From the NCBI GenBank assembly GCA_016235495.1, contig JACRKH010000060.1:1-44681 (forward strand): a stretch of 44,681 bases of DNA. The letters are read 5' to 3'. The notes below the pieces were generated by a model. It did no database searches. It was not told the DNA's origin and saw only the letters and a list, made by a program, of their open reading frames with translations. This document shows, one piece after another, positions 28,833-37,750 of the stretch (position 1 is its first letter; each line of letters begins with the position of its first letter). Made by a program: the position numbers and the translations under genes. This stretch comes from Candidatus Woesearchaeota archaeon (GTDB taxonomy: Archaea; Nanobdellota; Nanobdellia; SCGC-AAA011-G17; GW2011-AR17).

Positions 28833-29895
28833 AAGTTTCCCTCAAATCTTTTTGAATTTCTTCTAACAATGCTTTTCTTCCACTACAATAAAATGACCTA
28901 TGTTTTATATCCCCATAAAGCAAAAATGATTCTTGAGGGCAGCCGCCATTGCACTGATTCCAGAACTCACAATTTTTGCATTGACCTTCTTTGAGAGAAT
29001 CAGTTCTTTCTTTCATTCTCTTTTGTGCAGAAGTCTCATGATCTCTCAATGGTTTATCATTAACATTGCCAATAAAATTATTTTTATCTATGCCCCGCAG
29101 GCAAGTATAAAAATCACCATTTGTTTTCACTCCAATCACTGAAAAGTTACAGGTCTGTTGAGAGTATAAACAACCTCCGCATTTACCTTTGACTAGCGCC
29201 TTAATAAATTCAGTTATTGGTTTTATTTCTATAGGCTCAGGATCTTCTTTCCAAATTCTATAAAACTCTTTAATAGACTGTGTATATTCTTGTGATGTTG
29301 GCATTAACGGATCCATAACTTTTTGATTAGCAGCTGATCTTTTCCTAGGGAAATATTCAGAAATTCTAAATCCTCTAACCTGTTTTTTCATTTCATAGTA
29401 GATTTCTTTTTCTTTTCCTAGAACTTCTTTGGTTAAAACCATTACTGCATAAGGTTTTTTATTTAATCCAGAGATATTTTTAATGACTCTATCAAATGAA
29501 GGATTGCCATTTTTATCAACTCTTGAATGGTCATGTATATTCCTTGTTCCCTGTATACTCGTTCCAATTGTGAAACCTTCCTTCTCAAAAAAAGTTATAA
29601 ATTCTTTAGTTAGCAAGGTTCCGTTAGTTTGAATATCATTCAGTATCTTTAAATTATTCGGATTATACTTGCTTTGAAATTCTTTTATTTTTTTAAAGAA
29701 ATCAATGCCTGCAATTAATGGTTCTCCACCATGCCACACAAAATCGACTCTATCTTCACTAGCCTCTAAAATATATGAAATCACTTTTTCAAGAGTCTCT
29801 ATTGACATAATTGGTATTTCAAAAGTTGGTCTAAGACAAAAAGTACAACTAAGATTACAACTCTCAGTAATCTCAATCACAGGTGTCAGATTCAT
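28822..29895 (-). CDS. Radical SAM/SPASM enzyme, anSME-like (cluster A maturase)
   Basis: CNLSCTFC, WHGGEPL, QTNGTLL, SPASM C..C..GDFYTC..CKNCEFWNQCNGGCP..YC. Confidence 0.93.
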   Translation of the reverse strand: MNLTPVIEITESCNLSCTFCLRPTFEIPIMSIETLEKVISYILEASEDRVDFVWHGGEPLIAGIDFFKKIKEFQSKYNPNNLKILNDIQTNGTLLTKEFITFFEKEGFTIGTSIQGTRNIHDHSRVDKNGNPSFDRVIKNISGLNKKPYAVMVLTKEVLGKEKEIYYEMKKQVRGFRISEYFPRKRSAANQKVMDPLMPTSQEYTQSIKEFYRIWKEDPEPIEIKPITEFIKALVKGKCGGCLYSQQTCNFSVIGVKTNGDFYTCLRGIDKNNFIGNVNDKPLRDHETSAQKRMKERTDSLKEGQCKNCEFWNQCNGGCPQESFLLYGDIKHRSFYCSGRKALLEEIQKDLRETYEF

Positions 29896-29944
29896 AGTTG
29901 AATTTCCATCCAGTACTTTATTGCACTAATACCCCATTAAAAAT

Positions 29945-29969
29945 AAAAAAACTTACTTTCTGAAGTTTT
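29945..29969 (-). terminator. Weak hairpin plus T-tract after the precursor ORF
   Basis: AAAACTT-cagaaagt-AAGTTTT running into a T7 tract on the minus strand. Confidence 0.4.
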
Positions 29970-30066
29970 AGTAGCTTTCTGCACCATAATGATCACTATA
30001 AGAAGCTAGTATCTCCTTATCGGACAATGCCTCTAAAACTACCGCCTTTACATTTTCGTTTTTCAT
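29968..30066 (-). CDS. Candidate RiPP precursor A (32 aa)
   Basis: MKNENVKAVVLEALSDKEILASYSDHYGAESY; GGGGG SD-like; first ORF after a TATA box, upstream of rSAM. Confidence 0.75.
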   Translation of the reverse strand: MKNENVKAVVLEALSDKEILASYSDHYGAESY

Positions 30067-30111
30067 TTTATTTTAACCCCCAACAATGCTAAAAATAGAA
30101 TTTAATAAGAA

Positions 30112-30126
30112 TATATAAACTTTTTG
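30112..30126 (-). promoter_or_regulatory. BRE/TATA promoter of cluster A
   Basis: CAAAAAG-TTTATATA on the minus strand, 45 nt above the precursor ATG. Confidence 0.6.
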
Positions 30127-30182
30127 ATAAGTTAGTCCATCTTGGGTGTGAAACGTACTCTCTTTTTAAAAAGGTATATAAA

Positions 30183-30812
30183 TTATTTCTTAAAATCCCC
30201 TAACAAGGGATCACCAATACCATAGGGCTTCTTTGAATAATATTTCTTCGCATGTGCGACAAACAACGCATGATACTCCTTAAACAGTTCTACATCTCTT
30301 GGTAATTCTTTATGAAATAAATTCTGCACTTCTTCGTAAGAAGCATGAGCTTTGATGATTTTATAATGCTCTAAAATTCTCTTCGTATATGCATCCACAA
30401 CAAAGTAAGGCTGCTGATACGCATACAGCAGCATGGAGTCCACAGTCTCCGGCCCTATCCCCCACACAGCAAGCAAATTCTCTCGGTCCACTTCTTTTTT
30501 CGAAGCAAGAAAATCAAGGAAGCAGTGAATCTTTTTTGCTTTCTGATTAAAATACCCTGCAGGCTTAATCAATACTGCAAGTTTCTCTTGTGGCATACGC
30601 AAAGCTTTCTCATGTATTTTTCCAGACAATTGCGCAAGAGCCTTCTCCACATTCACCCAGGAAGTATTCTGCGTGAGTATTGCACCAATGCAAATTTCTA
30701 GTTGTTCTTTTTTATTTGGCAGTCTTCCATCGTACACACCTTGTATTGGCCACCACCCCTGCTTCCCATGCAAAGCAAAGAGTTCTTCATATAACTTAAA
30801 TACTTTTTTCAT
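30183..30812 (-). CDS. Endonuclease III-related HhH-GPD protein
   Basis: GWWP, GAILTQNTSW, LLAVWGIGPETVDS, VVDAYT. Confidence 0.9.
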   Translation of the reverse strand: MKKVFKLYEELFALHGKQGWWPIQGVYDGRLPNKKEQLEICIGAILTQNTSWVNVEKALAQLSGKIHEKALRMPQEKLAVLIKPAGYFNQKAKKIHCFLDFLASKKEVDRENLLAVWGIGPETVDSMLLYAYQQPYFVVDAYTKRILEHYKIIKAHASYEEVQNLFHKELPRDVELFKEYHALFVAHAKKYYSKKPYGIGDPLLGDFKK

Positions 30813-30813
30813 C

Positions 30814-31227
30814 TTATGCAATACGAACAATCTCAAAAACTAATTCCAATTTTCTATCATCAGACTTAAACACAATTTTATCACCAGACTTAAGTCCAAA
30901 TCTTTCTTTTGCTGCTAAAGGACTTTCACTCTCTCCAAGAAAAAATATTTTCACACGCACAAAAGCCCTATGGAATTCATTTTTCCTGAGCCGTGAATAA
31001 TCTATGTACACATAACCGCCCCTTTCTGTCCTTTGAAACTCTCCCTGTTTTTCCTCAATAAAATAATATTTCCTTTCCATAATCTCTGGCAGAAAACTCT
31101 TTGTTCCAGGATTTCTTCCAAAGCTAAAACTATCAACACTATCAGGAATTCTCATCTCTGCAACAAAATTCCCCTTATTTGCCAGAGCAAGAGGAAGGTT
31201 TCGTTCATACACATGAAGGATAAGCAT
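30814..31227 (-). CDS. Hypothetical protein, possibly degenerate FHA-like
   Basis: SFGR..QGEF..YID..LKSGDKIVF pattern. Confidence 0.5.
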   Translation of the reverse strand: MLILHVYERNLPLALANKGNFVAEMRIPDSVDSFSFGRNPGTKSFLPEIMERKYYFIEEKQGEFQRTERGGYVYIDYSRLRKNEFHRAFVRVKIFFLGESESPLAAKERFGLKSGDKIVFKSDDRKLELVFEIVRIA

Positions 31228-31261
31228 AAAAGAAAGAACGCACAAGGAATTATAAAACTTT

Positions 31262-32254
31262 TTATTCTCTATGCCTCAGAGACCAGTCATAATCTTTAAT
31301 TTTATCCTTTGCAAAGAATGTAGGGTGATGCCCTTTTTTGCCAACAAGACCCCAAAGAAGAATTTCCTTCTCAGCTTTATTGAGTTTTCGTATTTTGTCT
31401 TTGCTCTCAAGCTCTTCATCATGAACTAACACACTGTCACACAATCTTTTATAGAAATCTACTGTGAGTGGAGTAGGCAATGCAAATTGTGACATCTGCA
31501 GAGGAACTTTATTCCCTCTTTCATTCAATGTTCGTATCACTGCAAAGTACCCGGCAATCTCATGAGCGCACCAGTTAAAGACACCAGTATCTTGTTTGGC
31601 AAAGCGGATATTAAGATATTCTCCTCGCAGACAGTCATGTCCTTGTGTCATTGTTGCCCATGCAATGCCCCATTTATCAGCATTATCAATAACAGGAACA
31701 TGGTTGATATTAAATTGATACCTTCTCATACCCTTTATTCTTCTTGGAACATGCACATGAAATATAGCTCCATCTTTTTTTACAGCACCTGCACGGGAAT
31801 ATTCTTCAATGCCAACATGTGCAGCAGGAACTTGGTGAACATAAGCATCAATTCTTGCACCTTCAAGGCACTCAACAAGACTCACACGCCTTTCTCTGGT
31901 ATCTCGATGAACATAAGGAACAATAGTTAATGGACTATAGGCATATCCAGCATATGCTTGAGATTCAAGTGCACCAAAGGAATCTATTCTGAAATCAACA
32001 GGAACCCTTGCACCCTTGACAAAGGAAGTAACTCTCTCTCGCAATCCAGCCCGCACAAAAGGACCATGCCTAAGAAAATTCCAGCTGCTGGGATATTTTT
32101 CTGGGACTAATCCTTTAGGAAGAAGAATATAATCACTTTCAGCAATAGAAAGAATAGTTTCTACTAAGTCTTTCTCCACTTCAACAGCATGAAACTCTTG
32201 AATCTCTGTCTTTATAGGCTCTCTAAAAAATCTTTTTTTCTCGTACATAAGCAA
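31262..32254 (-). CDS. Hypothetical protein with possible SWIM-like Zn site
   Basis: 330-aa ORF; HDC..WCAH. Confidence 0.7.
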   Translation of the reverse strand: MLMYEKKRFFREPIKTEIQEFHAVEVEKDLVETILSIAESDYILLPKGLVPEKYPSSWNFLRHGPFVRAGLRERVTSFVKGARVPVDFRIDSFGALESQAYAGYAYSPLTIVPYVHRDTRERRVSLVECLEGARIDAYVHQVPAAHVGIEEYSRAGAVKKDGAIFHVHVPRRIKGMRRYQFNINHVPVIDNADKWGIAWATMTQGHDCLRGEYLNIRFAKQDTGVFNWCAHEIAGYFAVIRTLNERGNKVPLQMSQFALPTPLTVDFYKRLCDSVLVHDEELESKDKIRKLNKAEKEILLWGLVGKKGHHPTFFAKDKIKDYDWSLRHRE

Positions 32255-32322
32255 AAAAGAAAAACTCCCTTTTTATAAAACTTCCCAAAACATTTATAAG
32301 CATTCTTCACCATAGAACGCCT

Positions 32323-33333
32323 ATGAAAGAGCTGATGGAACTGATGAACTTGGAAGCAGTAAGTGGTGATGAAAACACTGTTCGTTCCTACCTTCTCAAG
32401 AAAATTACTCCCCATTGTAAAGATGTAAAGGTGGACAAATCTGGAAACCTCATCGTGCACAAAAAGGGAAAAGGTCCTTCAGTAATGCTTGTTGCACACA
32501 TGGATGAAATAGGTTTAATAATTAAGTCCATAGAGAAAGAAGGAACTATACATGTGGCATTCCTAGGTGATATCGACCCCATAACCTGCATTGGGCAGGA
32601 AGTAGAAATTGCCATAAATAAAAAAAAGAAAATAAAAGGAGTAGTTTCAACCATAAAAATCAATGCGGGAGAGGACATGGAAGCCCTTCCCAAAGAAGAG
32701 GATATCATTGTCGACACAGGTTTGACAAAAGCAGAATTAAAAAAGAAAGGGGTTGACATTGGAAGCTTCTTGGAATTCAACAGGAAATCCACCTTTCTTG
32801 GTTCAGAAAATATTATTGCAGGAAAAGCAGTGGATGATCGCGTAGGTTGTTTTATGCTTTTAGAAAGTATTCGAAGAACAAAGAAATCTCCCGCAGATAT
32901 ATATTATGTGTTTACAGTGCAGGAAGAACTAGGAATGTATGGAGCAAAAACCTCTGTATATAATATTAATCCGGAATGGGCAGTGATTCTAGACACCACC
33001 GAAGCAAAGGATTTCACTGAGGAAACAAATCTGCTTGGAGCTGGTCCAGTCTTGACAATTATGGACTCGGATCAGCTGACAGACAGTCGTCTCAACAAAC
33101 ACATAGAAACTATTGCAAAGAAGAAAAAAATTCCCTTGCAGAAAGAAGTCAATGAAATCAATACTACTGATGCTCTCTTCATTTCTTTGGCAAAGGGAGG
33201 CATACCCGCTGCAGTCCTAAACCTTCCCGTACGCAACCTGCACACCGCGGTAAGCATCGTGCACACAAAAGATATAACAGACCTCTGCAGCCTCTTAGAA
33301 TCACTGCTTAAAAATCCAGCGAGAATAAAATAA
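32323..33333 (+). CDS. M42 family aminopeptidase (TET-like)
   Basis: AHMDEIG, DDRVG, QEELG, RNLHT. Confidence 0.93.
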   Translation: MKELMELMNLEAVSGDENTVRSYLLKKITPHCKDVKVDKSGNLIVHKKGKGPSVMLVAHMDEIGLIIKSIEKEGTIHVAFLGDIDPITCIGQEVEIAINKKKKIKGVVSTIKINAGEDMEALPKEEDIIVDTGLTKAELKKKGVDIGSFLEFNRKSTFLGSENIIAGKAVDDRVGCFMLLESIRRTKKSPADIYYVFTVQEELGMYGAKTSVYNINPEWAVILDTTEAKDFTEETNLLGAGPVLTIMDSDQLTDSRLNKHIETIAKKKKIPLQKEVNEINTTDALFISLAKGGIPAAVLNLPVRNLHTAVSIVHTKDITDLCSLLESLLKNPARIK

Positions 33334-33334
33334 A

Positions 33335-34198
33335 CTAATTCTCTTCATCGCCTTGGAAAGCAATAAGGTCTTCAGTCGTTAAAACCTTCCTTCCCTTGCT
33401 CTTTATCTTTTCTTCAACCTTCTCTTTTTTCTCTTCAATCTTTTTATTATCCATCTCTTTTCTATTTTGCTGAGCCTTTTCTTTTTTCTTCTGGTTATCT
33501 CTCTTGACCACATTCACCTTCTTCACTTCTTCCTTGAAGCCCTTGTTTGCCTCAGTAAATGCTTGCTTAAATGTTATAAACTTTTCAAAAGCATCCTCTT
33601 GTTCTTTCTTCACTCTATTAATTTCCTTTGATAAGCGTGTAAACTCTTTGTATGCATCTCTATTTTCTTTCGCCAAACTGCTCATCTGCATATGAATAGC
33701 CTCAGCCTTTCTCTTTTCCTCATCAATTTTCTTAGACAGCCCATAGGCTTCTTTTCCAGCATCAGCACTCAGCTTCACAGTTTCATATTCTTTTTTCAGC
33801 TGCTTTATCTCTTTCATAATTTTCTTTTCATCTTCAAAAGAAACAGCGCCAGTTTCAATGCGCATCTGCTGCTGTTCTATTCTCTTTTGTATCGCCTTAG
33901 GATCTTTATGTTCAGAAGGAGAGCCCTTCTTTTGGTTAATTTGCTTAATAGAATCAATAAGTTTTCGCACCTCAAGGTTCTGTGCATCCCTCTTCACCTT
34001 GAGTTCTTTTATATTCTGAGAAAGACTGTCATTCTTTGCCTTGACAGCACGCACATCTTTGATGAGATCAGCAATCTTCTGCTTCAGCTCTTCTTTTTTT
34101 GCAAACCACAGTTCTTTTTGGGTATTGAGAGAATCGAGAGTTTCTTTAATCTGAGAAATATCCTTTGCTTTTTCTAGTGTTTTTTCTTCCTCTCCCAT
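33335..34198 (-). CDS. Archaeal coiled-coil protein (COG1340-like)
   Basis: Long heptad pattern, ET..SFEDEKKIMKEIKQLKK, C-terminal LTTEDLIAFQ; downstream of rpl12. Confidence 0.75.
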   Translation of the reverse strand: MGEEEKTLEKAKDISQIKETLDSLNTQKELWFAKKEELKQKIADLIKDVRAVKAKNDSLSQNIKELKVKRDAQNLEVRKLIDSIKQINQKKGSPSEHKDPKAIQKRIEQQQMRIETGAVSFEDEKKIMKEIKQLKKEYETVKLSADAGKEAYGLSKKIDEEKRKAEAIHMQMSSLAKENRDAYKEFTRLSKEINRVKKEQEDAFEKFITFKQAFTEANKGFKEEVKKVNVVKRDNQKKKEKAQQNRKEMDNKKIEEKKEKVEEKIKSKGRKVLTTEDLIAFQGDEEN

Positions 34199-34313
34199 AA
34201 AAATTCCTCTGTTGGTTTGATACGCCTTAACTTTCCTGAAAATTCACTCCTTTAAATAACTTTTGCCTCATTTTCCGAGGATTTTTCAGAAAAAAATAAA
34301 TAAAAAATAATGT

Positions 34314-34610
34314 TTAACCGAACAAACTACCAAGTCCAGCAGCTGCATCTTCAGAAGGCTTCTTTTCTTCTTTCTTCGCTTCTGGTGCATGAGCAGCATG
34401 TCCACTCGCAGCAGCTGGTGCAGCTACGGAAACTACTGCAGCTTCTTTGATAGCCTCGTCAATATTCACTCCATCCAATGCAGCAACAAGAGCTTTCACT
34501 CTTCCTTCATCAACTTTGATGCCTGCAGCTTCAAGAACTTTCTTGACTCCATGCTCATCGATAGCTTTCCCAGCTCGATACAACAACAGTGCACTGTACA
34601 CGTATTCCAT
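34314..34610 (-). CDS. rpl12: 50S ribosomal protein L12 (P1)
   Basis: [28 protein letters not shown]. Confidence 0.97.
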   Translation of the reverse strand: MEYVYSALLLYRAGKAIDEHGVKKVLEAAGIKVDEGRVKALVAALDGVNIDEAIKEAAVVSVAAPAAASGHAAHAPEAKKEEKKPSEDAAAGLGSLFG

Positions 34611-34625
34611 GGTCTTTTCCTCCTT

Positions 34626-35480
34626 CTATTCGATATGTGCTTTTTTCTTTAAAGCGTTAGCCTGTGCATCAGCCTTAGCTAGGAGTTTTGCAATATTATC
34701 ACTAGTCATGATATCTTTCGAATCAGCCAGTGCACTTGCATCTCCATGTGCTTTTCTGATCAGGATCTTTATAGTGTCTTTGGATGCGTAGCCAATCTTC
34801 ACAGCAAGATTCAAAGCTTCTGTGTGTAATCTGATTAAATCAGCAACATACTTCTTCTCATCAATATCCAATGTTTTTCTGTCAAAGATAACGCCATTTT
34901 CAAACACTGCAACAACATTCAGCCCTACTTCCATAGGAAGAATATTCAGTCGTGTCAAAGCCTCAGCAATTTTTGGAGTAAAAACTTCTCCTTCCTTTAC
35001 CAAGAGTTTGTCTTGTTTGATTGCAACCTTTCCATCTTCAATCCCTGCTTTAATTCCCAACTGTCCTAATTCCCCAATAATTGGTCCTGGTGCAAATCCA
35101 GTCTTTCCAGCAGGAACCACAACATCTTTCGGAGCAGTCTGTCCAGCCTTTGCAGGTGCAGGACTCTTGCTTGCAGACAATGTTTTATACAGCTTGAAAG
35201 GATTATCTTTAGTAAAAAGGAGTGCAGGCATACCTCTGCTTCGTTCAGCAAGTGTAGCAAGATTCTTAGGGGACTGCTTCAAAGCAAGTTTGATAAGGCT
35301 ACCCTTTGCCATGCGGACAACAACTCTGCCTCGCAGACTCTGTTTCATTTTTTGCAGTTGTGGAGCAGAGAGATTTTCCATATCCACAAGCCCAATGATA
35401 GGATATTCAGCAATCAAAGCAAGAAGTTCTTTGACAACCTTTTTCTTTGTATCACTCACGAAGGCTTTTGGCTTGTTCAT
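34626..35480 (-). CDS. rplP0: 50S ribosomal protein L10 (P0)
   Basis: LLFTKDNPFKL..APAKAGQ.AP.D..TGFAPGP. Confidence 0.96.
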   Translation of the reverse strand: MNKPKAFVSDTKKKVVKELLALIAEYPIIGLVDMENLSAPQLQKMKQSLRGRVVVRMAKGSLIKLALKQSPKNLATLAERSRGMPALLFTKDNPFKLYKTLSASKSPAPAKAGQTAPKDVVVPAGKTGFAPGPIIGELGQLGIKAGIEDGKVAIKQDKLLVKEGEVFTPKIAEALTRLNILPMEVGLNVVAVFENGVIFDRKTLDIDEKKYVADLIRLHTEALNLAVKIGYASKDTIKILIRKAHGDASALADSKDIMTSDNIAKLLAKADAQANALKKKAHIE

Positions 35481-36142
35481 TTTTTACCTCCGAGAACAAC
35501 TGCTTTGCTCATAGTAAGTTTGAGAAGCACAGACTTAACATTTTGTTCGTGCTGCGGGAGTCCCTGAACAAGTCCATTGTATGCTGCAAGAATATTTTCT
35601 GCAACCTCATCATCTTTCATAGAATCCTTTCCAATAGGACAGCGCACTGCCATTTCATTATTTTTTATAGCCAAACGAACAGTTTTCTGCAGTTTTTCCA
35701 CAATGGGCTTTGTAGACCCTTTGAGAGGAACAATAGCCCCAGCCTTGGGATTGGGCATTCTTCCTTTCGGACCTAAATATCGGCCAAAAGTGCTTGCAAT
35801 AGACCCCATGATGTCTGCCTGTGCAATAAAGAAATCATATTTCCTTGCCAACTTTTTAAGCTCTTTGCCATTTCCAGCAAGGCTCTTAAACTCATCCTGG
35901 CCAATAGTGTGATCACAGTTTGCCTTTGCATCGTTGTATAATGTTCCACCAACTAAGCCGCAGACACTGAGTTTTCTGCCAAGAGTATGAGGAAGAGAAA
36001 TGAACACATCTACTTTATTTTCATTTTTCTTAGGATCAAAATTTTGTAATTTCACGAGAAAATCATAACTCTGAGCGAAATTTCTTTTTGGAGAATCTTT
36101 CTTCAGTTGTTGTATTGCTTCTAAAACGTCTTGTTTTTCCAT
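35477..36142 (-). CDS. rpl1: 50S ribosomal protein L1
   Basis: KRNFAQSYD, GRYLGPKGRMP, KLTM. Confidence 0.96.
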   Translation of the reverse strand: MEKQDVLEAIQQLKKDSPKRNFAQSYDFLVKLQNFDPKKNENKVDVFISLPHTLGRKLSVCGLVGGTLYNDAKANCDHTIGQDEFKSLAGNGKELKKLARKYDFFIAQADIMGSIASTFGRYLGPKGRMPNPKAGAIVPLKGSTKPIVEKLQKTVRLAIKNNEMAVRCPIGKDSMKDDEVAENILAAYNGLVQGLPQHEQNVKSVLLKLTMSKAVVLGGKK

Positions 36143-36211
36143 AATGCTCTCCTACTGAACGTAGTGATACGAGTAGCTTCTGGGATTTTCTGGGGATTTA
36201 TAAAGGTTTTG

Positions 36212-36261
36212 GTGGTTTAAATATACTGTAATATCCGGACATTACAGTGGTTTAAATATAC
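36212..36261. repeat. 24-bp near-palindrome (36225-36248) between 15-bp direct repeats
   Basis: GTGGTTTAAATATAC at 36212-36226 and 36247-36261; ACTGTAAT-ATCCGGAC-ATTACAGT. Confidence 0.85.
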
Positions 36262-36443
36262 CATAAAGTTCTATTTCTTCATCAAAATAAAAAAGCTCAC
36301 GCCAAATAAGTTATTCATCTTGTCATTTTGAATGACCCACCATCCTCACAAATTTAATTCATAGCTTTGTTTAAGTAAGAGTTATTCTAAAATGGATATA
36401 AATAATTTTGAAGAATAAGGAGGTGATTTTTGTTATAATGAGC

Positions 36444-36944
36444 TCAGATGCAATTTTTATACATTAATTCTAAAATTCTAAGGATTTTATCATTGTCTTT
36501 ATAAGCTATACAGTATTTTTCGTATAATTTTTTTAAAACCCTTTTTCCTTGTTCCTTTCCTTCAGAATTAAGAATAAACTGGGCGGCTATAGGATGAAAT
36601 AATGAAAGACCATCCGCATATCTAAATATTTTTCCTTCTGGGGTTAAAGGTTTACCAGAAGATCCATGATTCACTATACAATCTTTTTCAATGGCGCCAA
36701 GTTTGTATTTCTTTTCCAAAATCTCTAAGCTGAGTTGGGCATGGTTTTCTTCGTGAATGACTTTTCCAACATCATGAATATAGACTAAGGGCTCCAATTT
36801 TCCAATCTCTATGTTCTCCTCAATTGAGAGTGTCTCTAATAGAGCAAGGACACACCTAGAATGAATAAAATTCCAATCATAATCTTGCTTAGGCAAGATT
36901 TTGAATTTTTCTTTTGCAAATTCTTCTGCTTCTTTTATATTCAT
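36444..36944 (-). CDS. HD-domain phosphohydrolase (cluster B)
   Basis: HSRCV, IHDVGK, HAQLS, NHG, ADGLS. Confidence 0.85.
   Translation of the reverse strand: MNIKEAEEFAKEKFKILPKQDYDWNFIHSRCVLALLETLSIEENIEIGKLEPLVYIHDVGKVIHEENHAQLSLEILEKKYKLGAIEKDCIVNHGSSGKPLTPEGKIFRYADGLSLFHPIAAQFILNSEGKEQGKRVLKKLYEKYCIAYKDNDKILRILELMYKNCI
36540..36564. repeat. 25-bp direct repeat, copy 1
   Basis: CCTTTTTCCTTGTTCCTTTCCTTCA, identical to 40997-41021. Confidence 0.85.
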
Positions 36945-37750
36945 GTTGTTATCGGTCGTGTTTGGAGTATATAAATTTCATTTTTGACAATTCCCCATTC
37001 TATATCCTGAGGAACTCCAAAGAATCTTTCTATTTGAATTCCTTGTTGCATAAGCTCAAATATTTGGTATTTTTGAAGAACAGGTTCTGTATTCATAACG
37101 ACTCTTTCTTCAAGTTTACTTCCCCTAAGAAATAATCCTTTTTCTTGGTTTCCCCTTGTGTAATTATATCTTTTTTTTCCTTTGGCAGCTTCAATATGAT
37201 CTGGATTGACAATACCAGAAACGATATATTCCCCAGTACCAAATATTGCTTCAATAATGATTTCGCCTTTCTCCTGTGAGACAGGATTTTTTGTGAACAT
37301 TATTCCTGAGACATCACAGGGAAGCATCTCTTGAATGAGTATTGCAATATCCGCAACTGCATGTTGACCAGCATAATCCGCATATCTTTGTACTTTAGCC
37401 TTCTCTGGTGAAGAAATAACTTCCATACACGCATCTGCAAGCTCAGTATAAGATACTCCACATTTCGTGAGGAATTGTCCTGCAAAAGAATAGTTTCTAG
37501 AATCTTCACAAGTTGTTGAAGATCGTACAGAAAACGCTACGGCCTTTATGTCTTCTACTGCACTTTCAAGTTTTTCCTGTAAAATTTCTTTGTCGATTGT
37601 TTTTTTTATATATTGCGCTGCTTTGACAGGGATAATTATTCCCTTTGGAATAAGGAACTGAGGATAAAGCTGAAGAAGATTATAGGCTTTATTTCCTATT
37701 TCTTCCTTGCTTAATTCTTTTGCCTTTTGATAGCTTACCATTAATTCCAT
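36941..37750 (-). CDS. Stand-alone PEP/pyruvate-binding (PPDK_N, ATP-grasp) domain
   Basis: GNKAYNL, VRSS..ED..SFAGQF, QEM..SGIMFT, GEYIVSG..PD, DIEW, LQTRPIT. Confidence 0.92.
   Translation of the reverse strand: MELMVSYQKAKELSKEEIGNKAYNLLQLYPQFLIPKGIIIPVKAAQYIKKTIDKEILQEKLESAVEDIKAVAFSVRSSTTCEDSRNYSFAGQFLTKCGVSYTELADACMEVISSPEKAKVQRYADYAGQHAVADIAILIQEMLPCDVSGIMFTKNPVSQEKGEIIIEAIFGTGEYIVSGIVNPDHIEAAKGKKRYNYTRGNQEKGLFLRGSKLEERVVMNTEPVLQKYQIFELMQQGIQIERFFGVPQDIEWGIVKNEIYILQTRPITT

Noticed and set aside
28822-29895. Plain anaerobic sulfatase maturase
   Set aside because: No sulfatase in the window; an upstream short peptide and tailoring enzymes fit a peptide substrate better. Not formally excluded.
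34822-35514. Long antisense ORFs over ribosomal, ndk, gltX and VIT1 genes (e.g. 34822-35514, 19209-19853)
   Set aside because: Shadow frames of well-supported genes, with no motifs.
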